A DNA stretch of 64,000 nt from Phallusia mammillata (taxonomy: Eukaryota), in NCBI GenBank assembly GCA_965637545.1, contig OZ281496.1, forward strand, positions 28,458,001 to 28,522,000. Reading direction: 5' to 3'. Under the pieces are notes generated by a model that made no database searches, was not told where the DNA came from, and saw nothing but the letters and a program-made list of their open reading frames with translations. Positions 59,336-64,000 of this stretch are shown here, piece by piece; position 1 is the first letter of the stretch; each line of letters begins with the position of its first letter. The translations under genes were made by a program, and so were the position numbers.

Positions 59336-62300
59336 AAGAGCGATTGTCGGATCTAAATCTGTTGAATTATCAGTTTTTGCCGGACATGGCGGTTTAGCCA
59401 CTGTACAACAATAGTAATATTTCAACATATGTGTTTACATTGCCATATATCGGCCCAGACATCACGATTATCGCCTTGCATTGCACAGTTTTCATAGTTG
59501 CAGGTACTGCTATTAAATACATACGTTTGACTTAAGAGTGGGAAAGGGTACAACGGAAAAGCACTGACATAAAAGTTAGCAATGGGGAACAATTCTACAA
59601 AAAAAGGTGCAAAATCGGACCACAACCAAACAAACATGTACGACAAAAGAAATTAATTTCCAGAACCTCATACACCTTTTTTATTAGCCTGTTGTGCAAA
59701 AGGTTGTTTATTTAAACTGTTGCCCTCTTTAAGTGTATAAAACCGTCTAACCCAGAGCTTCTTAACTATTTTACTATACCTCCCTCTTTCAACTTTTTTT
59801 ATGTTCGCTCACGAGCTTATAATCTGACATATTACAGGATTAAGTTTGTACCACCTACCTTATTCTGCAAACCACTCAGAGGTGAACGTTAATATCGCCT
59901 CCGTCAACGTATTTATTCCAATGATTTAAACAAAACGGTTTGTAGGTCATCACACGCAGCCAAGTTTTTGTAAGGTCACATGCAATTATAACAATTTTTT
60001 ATCATATAGCCCAATATTACAAGTTCAATAGCTCTGTTAACCACTACAGATGTTTTGATGGTCCAAAGTTTCGAAAACAATGGCCTAGGTTAAGAAGCCC
60101 ATGGTCTAATCATCATCACATACCTTTCGTGCCTTGATATTTATTTTCCTAAGTTTGAGCCAACATATGACAAACGCAACAATTCTAAAATCCCCGACAT
60201 GAATCTAATCCATAAGGCTTGTGGTCGGCAAATGGAAGTTTGCTTGGCGAACAAAACCCATCTTACAACGTTTGACGCAGCTCTTAACGATAAAACATTT
60301 GTCTGTTTAGGAACAATACCTCTCAGGCCATTGTTAAAACAGCCACGCGACGACATTGGACTTCCGCAGAAAAAAATCAATCAGAAAAGGCGAATTTAAA
60401 GTGTTTTCTTTCGATTTTGCGCTGCCCGTAATTGTGTTACTGCGTCAGTTGCGGATATTAGAAAAACACTGCTTAGCATCACAACCAAATGGCTCAGATT
60501 AAGGCTGCTACAATACTGATATATTTTGCCGCATAAATAACAGTTGACTAGTAGTGTTCTATTTGCATTTAGTTGTTTCGTTATTACTCCTTTCCTTCGT
60601 GTTCGACTGGTGGATTGCCGTACGTCTTTGGTAACGTACCAAGGGTGAGTATTGTTAAATTGTTTGCAGTTTAATTACTCCTTTATCACAAGCAACATCA
60701 TCAATATACCAAAAAAAAAAGTTATAAAGTTTGTCAAACTTTTCAGCAAATGCCCATGATTCGTAACAAACGCTTTTCATAATGAATAACTAGTATATTT
60801 AAGAAACACTCCTCCATTAAGTGTTGCAACTTGTTACGTGGACCAAAACCGCTACGTGTGTGTTGTTAACGTTATCGTGACAAGAAAGAGCTGTTCTAAG
60901 CGATTTATTGCCAATTTGGTCCAATTCAACAACGCGGGAGCCGTTGAAAAACCGCAATCACAAAAACATGTTGTTCGTCGATTGGTAAAGGAATGTAAAC
61001 CATATAGTGGTACCACAACATACATGAGTTTCGACTGCTGTTTGCTAACACAATGTACAGAATACATAAATATAGGCCTCGGAAAAGCACCGTGGTTGAA
61101 TTTGGCTCGGGTTTTCCTACATTATCGATACCGCACAGTTTACTGACAAATTTTCGTTTTGTAGAGTAGCCACAGAAAGGTCACAAAACATTTTTAAACA
61201 ATTTTTTTTAATGCTATTTTCAGGTTACTAAATTTCGTCAACAAAAGTTCTCATAATTTCGGATCAACTTGGCTCATTCAAATTCGTCTGATAAATTTCA
61301 GTCGACAAAACGACGTTTAAATAACAAAAATTTGAACACAAATCTATTAACGACCGATCAAAGCTTAAAGGACATTCACGCAGTATAGTATTGTTTACAA
61401 TGCCTGTACCTCACACCATAAAAACCGATTTTGCAACAGTGCTATGAAGTTCATATTTTAGCTATTGCCTACAGATAATTTTGCAGCACAAACTTCTGCC
61501 GTTATGACCTCAAACAATTAAAAATCAGCATAAGCCATCAGCTCGGCTATAACGCCTCGTACCATTTCTGCCCCGTGGTTATGACGAATTTGTCTCAAGC
61601 CTTATCTATGCCCGCACCTGCGTTTTGCCGCATACCCACTCACAAACTTATACGTTTCCCTCACTTGCATTAATATTTCATGTCAAATTGCGTCAGCCGT
61701 CCACGCCAACAAGACAGCTGCCGCAGTATCCAGTCAAAGGGATAAACATCATGGATTATTAGCAAGTGACGTTATTTTGTCCGACACCAGAAACGATCAC
61801 TAGGCGTTTTACGCAAAGCTTTCCGGCTTGTTATTGAACTCAATCTGTGACCATAAGTGCAGGTAAATTAGTAAATAAATAACAGCGGGTTGTAGTTTGT
61901 TGATAAAATCTTAACGATGCTAAAATCGTGGAATAGTTATAGTTGATCAATGAACCCGAAAAACGACTTCATAACAAACACTTGCAGTAAAAAAGAGTCA
62001 TAATTTCTTAGCAGTTTTTTAAGTTTAGAAAAAAATGTTTTTTTAAAGAATATGAAATATACTGCAAATAGCTATAACCGTTGTTTTTTTTCATATCTGT
62101 TTGTTAAATTCTACATTGTTGCGACTTTCAAAGAACACAACAATTTCTGGCGAATGCCCATATTTCAAAACCTTTGGGTCATTTCAGTTATTATGACACG
62201 TTTTTGTTGAACGCACGTGTTTTTAAATCTCATTTTCTTTAAGCGACACAATACTGCATTGTGTGTGGATAATATAGTTTAAACGTAGTGCAGAAATTTA

Positions 62301-64000
62301 TTTTTGCGCTTATCATTACCACGACAGCAATGTAATACTCTGCAAATGCCATCGCATTTTGCCTTCACTTCCTCGCGGTTAATTACCGATTAGTCAAATA
62401 TATTTCCATTCCAATTACGGCTGTGACGTCAGCCGTGTAAGCCCACGTCACGCCTGGCGCGTCACAGAGGGGGGGGGTACATTAATGAGATTTCGAAGGT
62501 CTCTTTAGAAACCAATTCATATCGTACCAGCAGCGAACGTAGATCAATATATCAATTTTCCGCACGACAAAAGAATGATATTTGTTTAAATATTCAGACT
62601 TATTACTGTCTTCCGACCTGAACAACGTAATAAATTTCGCAAGGCACTTGTGCTATTCCCAGTGCAATTACTAATTTCTCCTAATCACATTTGCACCACA
62701 TTCCACGAAATTGTAGCGCTTTTCTAACCTTGCAAGATTAGCATTGGCGCTCGGTTTCAAAGTTGTTCAGTCAGTTGGCAAATACTTTGCATGTTACACT
62801 AAATGCACTTGTTTTTCTCGACAAACTTCTTCCCATCTTGAATTTAAAACTGCATTATCTAATAGCTGTAAACAACCAGGTTAAGTTTTTCCAGGTGCAT
62901 TGACAACTATAATTCTTAGTCAAAAAAGTTGATCTAAGTACAATGTAAAAAAACAATACACCAAATTATTCTGTTTCCTAATTCCCTCCCCAATTACAAC
63001 TTCTAGCGTAAGGAAATACACTTGTCTATCTGAAATAATTAAATTGATTTTAAAATTTTCGTTTGCGTTTGACGAGAAAGAATCAAGTAAAGACTTTTTG
63101 TTGTCAATAAAAAAGTTGTTCCAAATCTAATGCAAAAAAACATTTGAAGAGAATCATCCTTTCAACTCGTCATTTAGTCCTTAGCCTTCTTATTCACTAC
63201 GAAGTCAATGCGGTTTAAGTTACGAATACGAACACCAGACAGTCACAAACGGGTACGGCACAAACCGTTGAGGTCAGAGCATAAAGACATGGGGTCGGCA
63301 GGGTCAGCCGTCGGACGAACGCCATGTTCGATAACACCCTGTTATGCGGGCGGACGCTCTGTGACGTCATAGAGCGACGCGAATTTAGGTGTCGAGTTCG
63401 CGTCGCAGCAGCGGTTGGGGAACTTTTTTAAAGGGAGGATAATGGTCGAATGGAAAGATATGCCTGGAGTTTGTGTTATGTTGTAATAATAACAGAAACT
63501 GTAATTTACTCCCACGATAAGCTAACCAGGTTCGTTGATATCAGAGAAGGTGGGAAATTAAATAGAGTTCGTTTCTGTACGTGTCGTCTTATCACAAGAG
63601 AGAAAGGTAAAACTAAATCTGAAAAGTCACCATAAAACTATTGTTACTTATTCACCGCAAATTTAATGCAACTTTAAGTTGAAGATTTATAAACCGGAAT
63701 TTACTTTCTCGGGCGACTTTGGGTTTAAGCTTACACATAAAGCGGATTAGATTTAGGCCTGACGGGAGCTTCTTTGCGCAAAACTTTTTACAACTTTTAG
63801 GCCGAATTCGGATTTCGGGAACGTACTTTCGGGTTCAGGCTGGTACGTTTTATGATAACGCATAAACAACATTGAAAACGACATGCCAACAGAATTTAAT
63901 TTACACCGATTTTGCTGTCGCATTAAAATGTGTCTCCTGAAACTACTCAAAATAATAACGCGTTTACCATCTGTCGACCATGTGAGTCCTTTACTTTTAA

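Noticed and set aside
59400-64000. Short 60-100 aa ORFs in the distal region
   Set aside because: No homology recognised, no consistent splice chain, and the lengths are expected by chance.

Overview
AT-rich, intron-containing animal genomic DNA, almost certainly from a tunicate (ascidian), because it carries a spliced cellulose synthase fused to a GH6-like domain; the species cannot be determined. Left to right: (1) two tandem, apparently intact minus-strand genes for secreted LCCL-LCCL-EGF(n)-C-type lectin proteins (721-3187, 4418-7928), plus orphan LCCL and EGF exon copies; (2) a decayed partial copy of CesA exons (12505-12985); (3) a decayed BEL/Pao LTR retrotransposon (13153-19357, TSD CCCAA) with both LTRs truncated on their inner sides; (4) a 28-exon CesA gene (35295->21149, about 1551 aa as hand-spliced); (5) two tandem JAK tyrosine kinase genes with single-exon coding sequences (40691-44044, 46447-49839); (6) a convergent orphan type III single-pass membrane protein gene (56817->52257, about 709 aa); (7) a largely non-coding tail. 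Scattered hAT and Mutator-type MITEs, tRNA-derived SINE heads and hammerhead-ribozyme-like (Penelope-type) remnants occur throughout. There is no CRISPR array, rRNA or convincing functional tRNA. All gene models were spliced by hand from GT-AG sites and reading-frame continuity and need RNA confirmation. The strongest leads are the CesA paralog relic, the intronless JAK pair with contrasting CpG content beside an adaptor-like orphan membrane protein, the EPN/QPD switch between the lectin paralogs, and unexplained motifs inside CesA.
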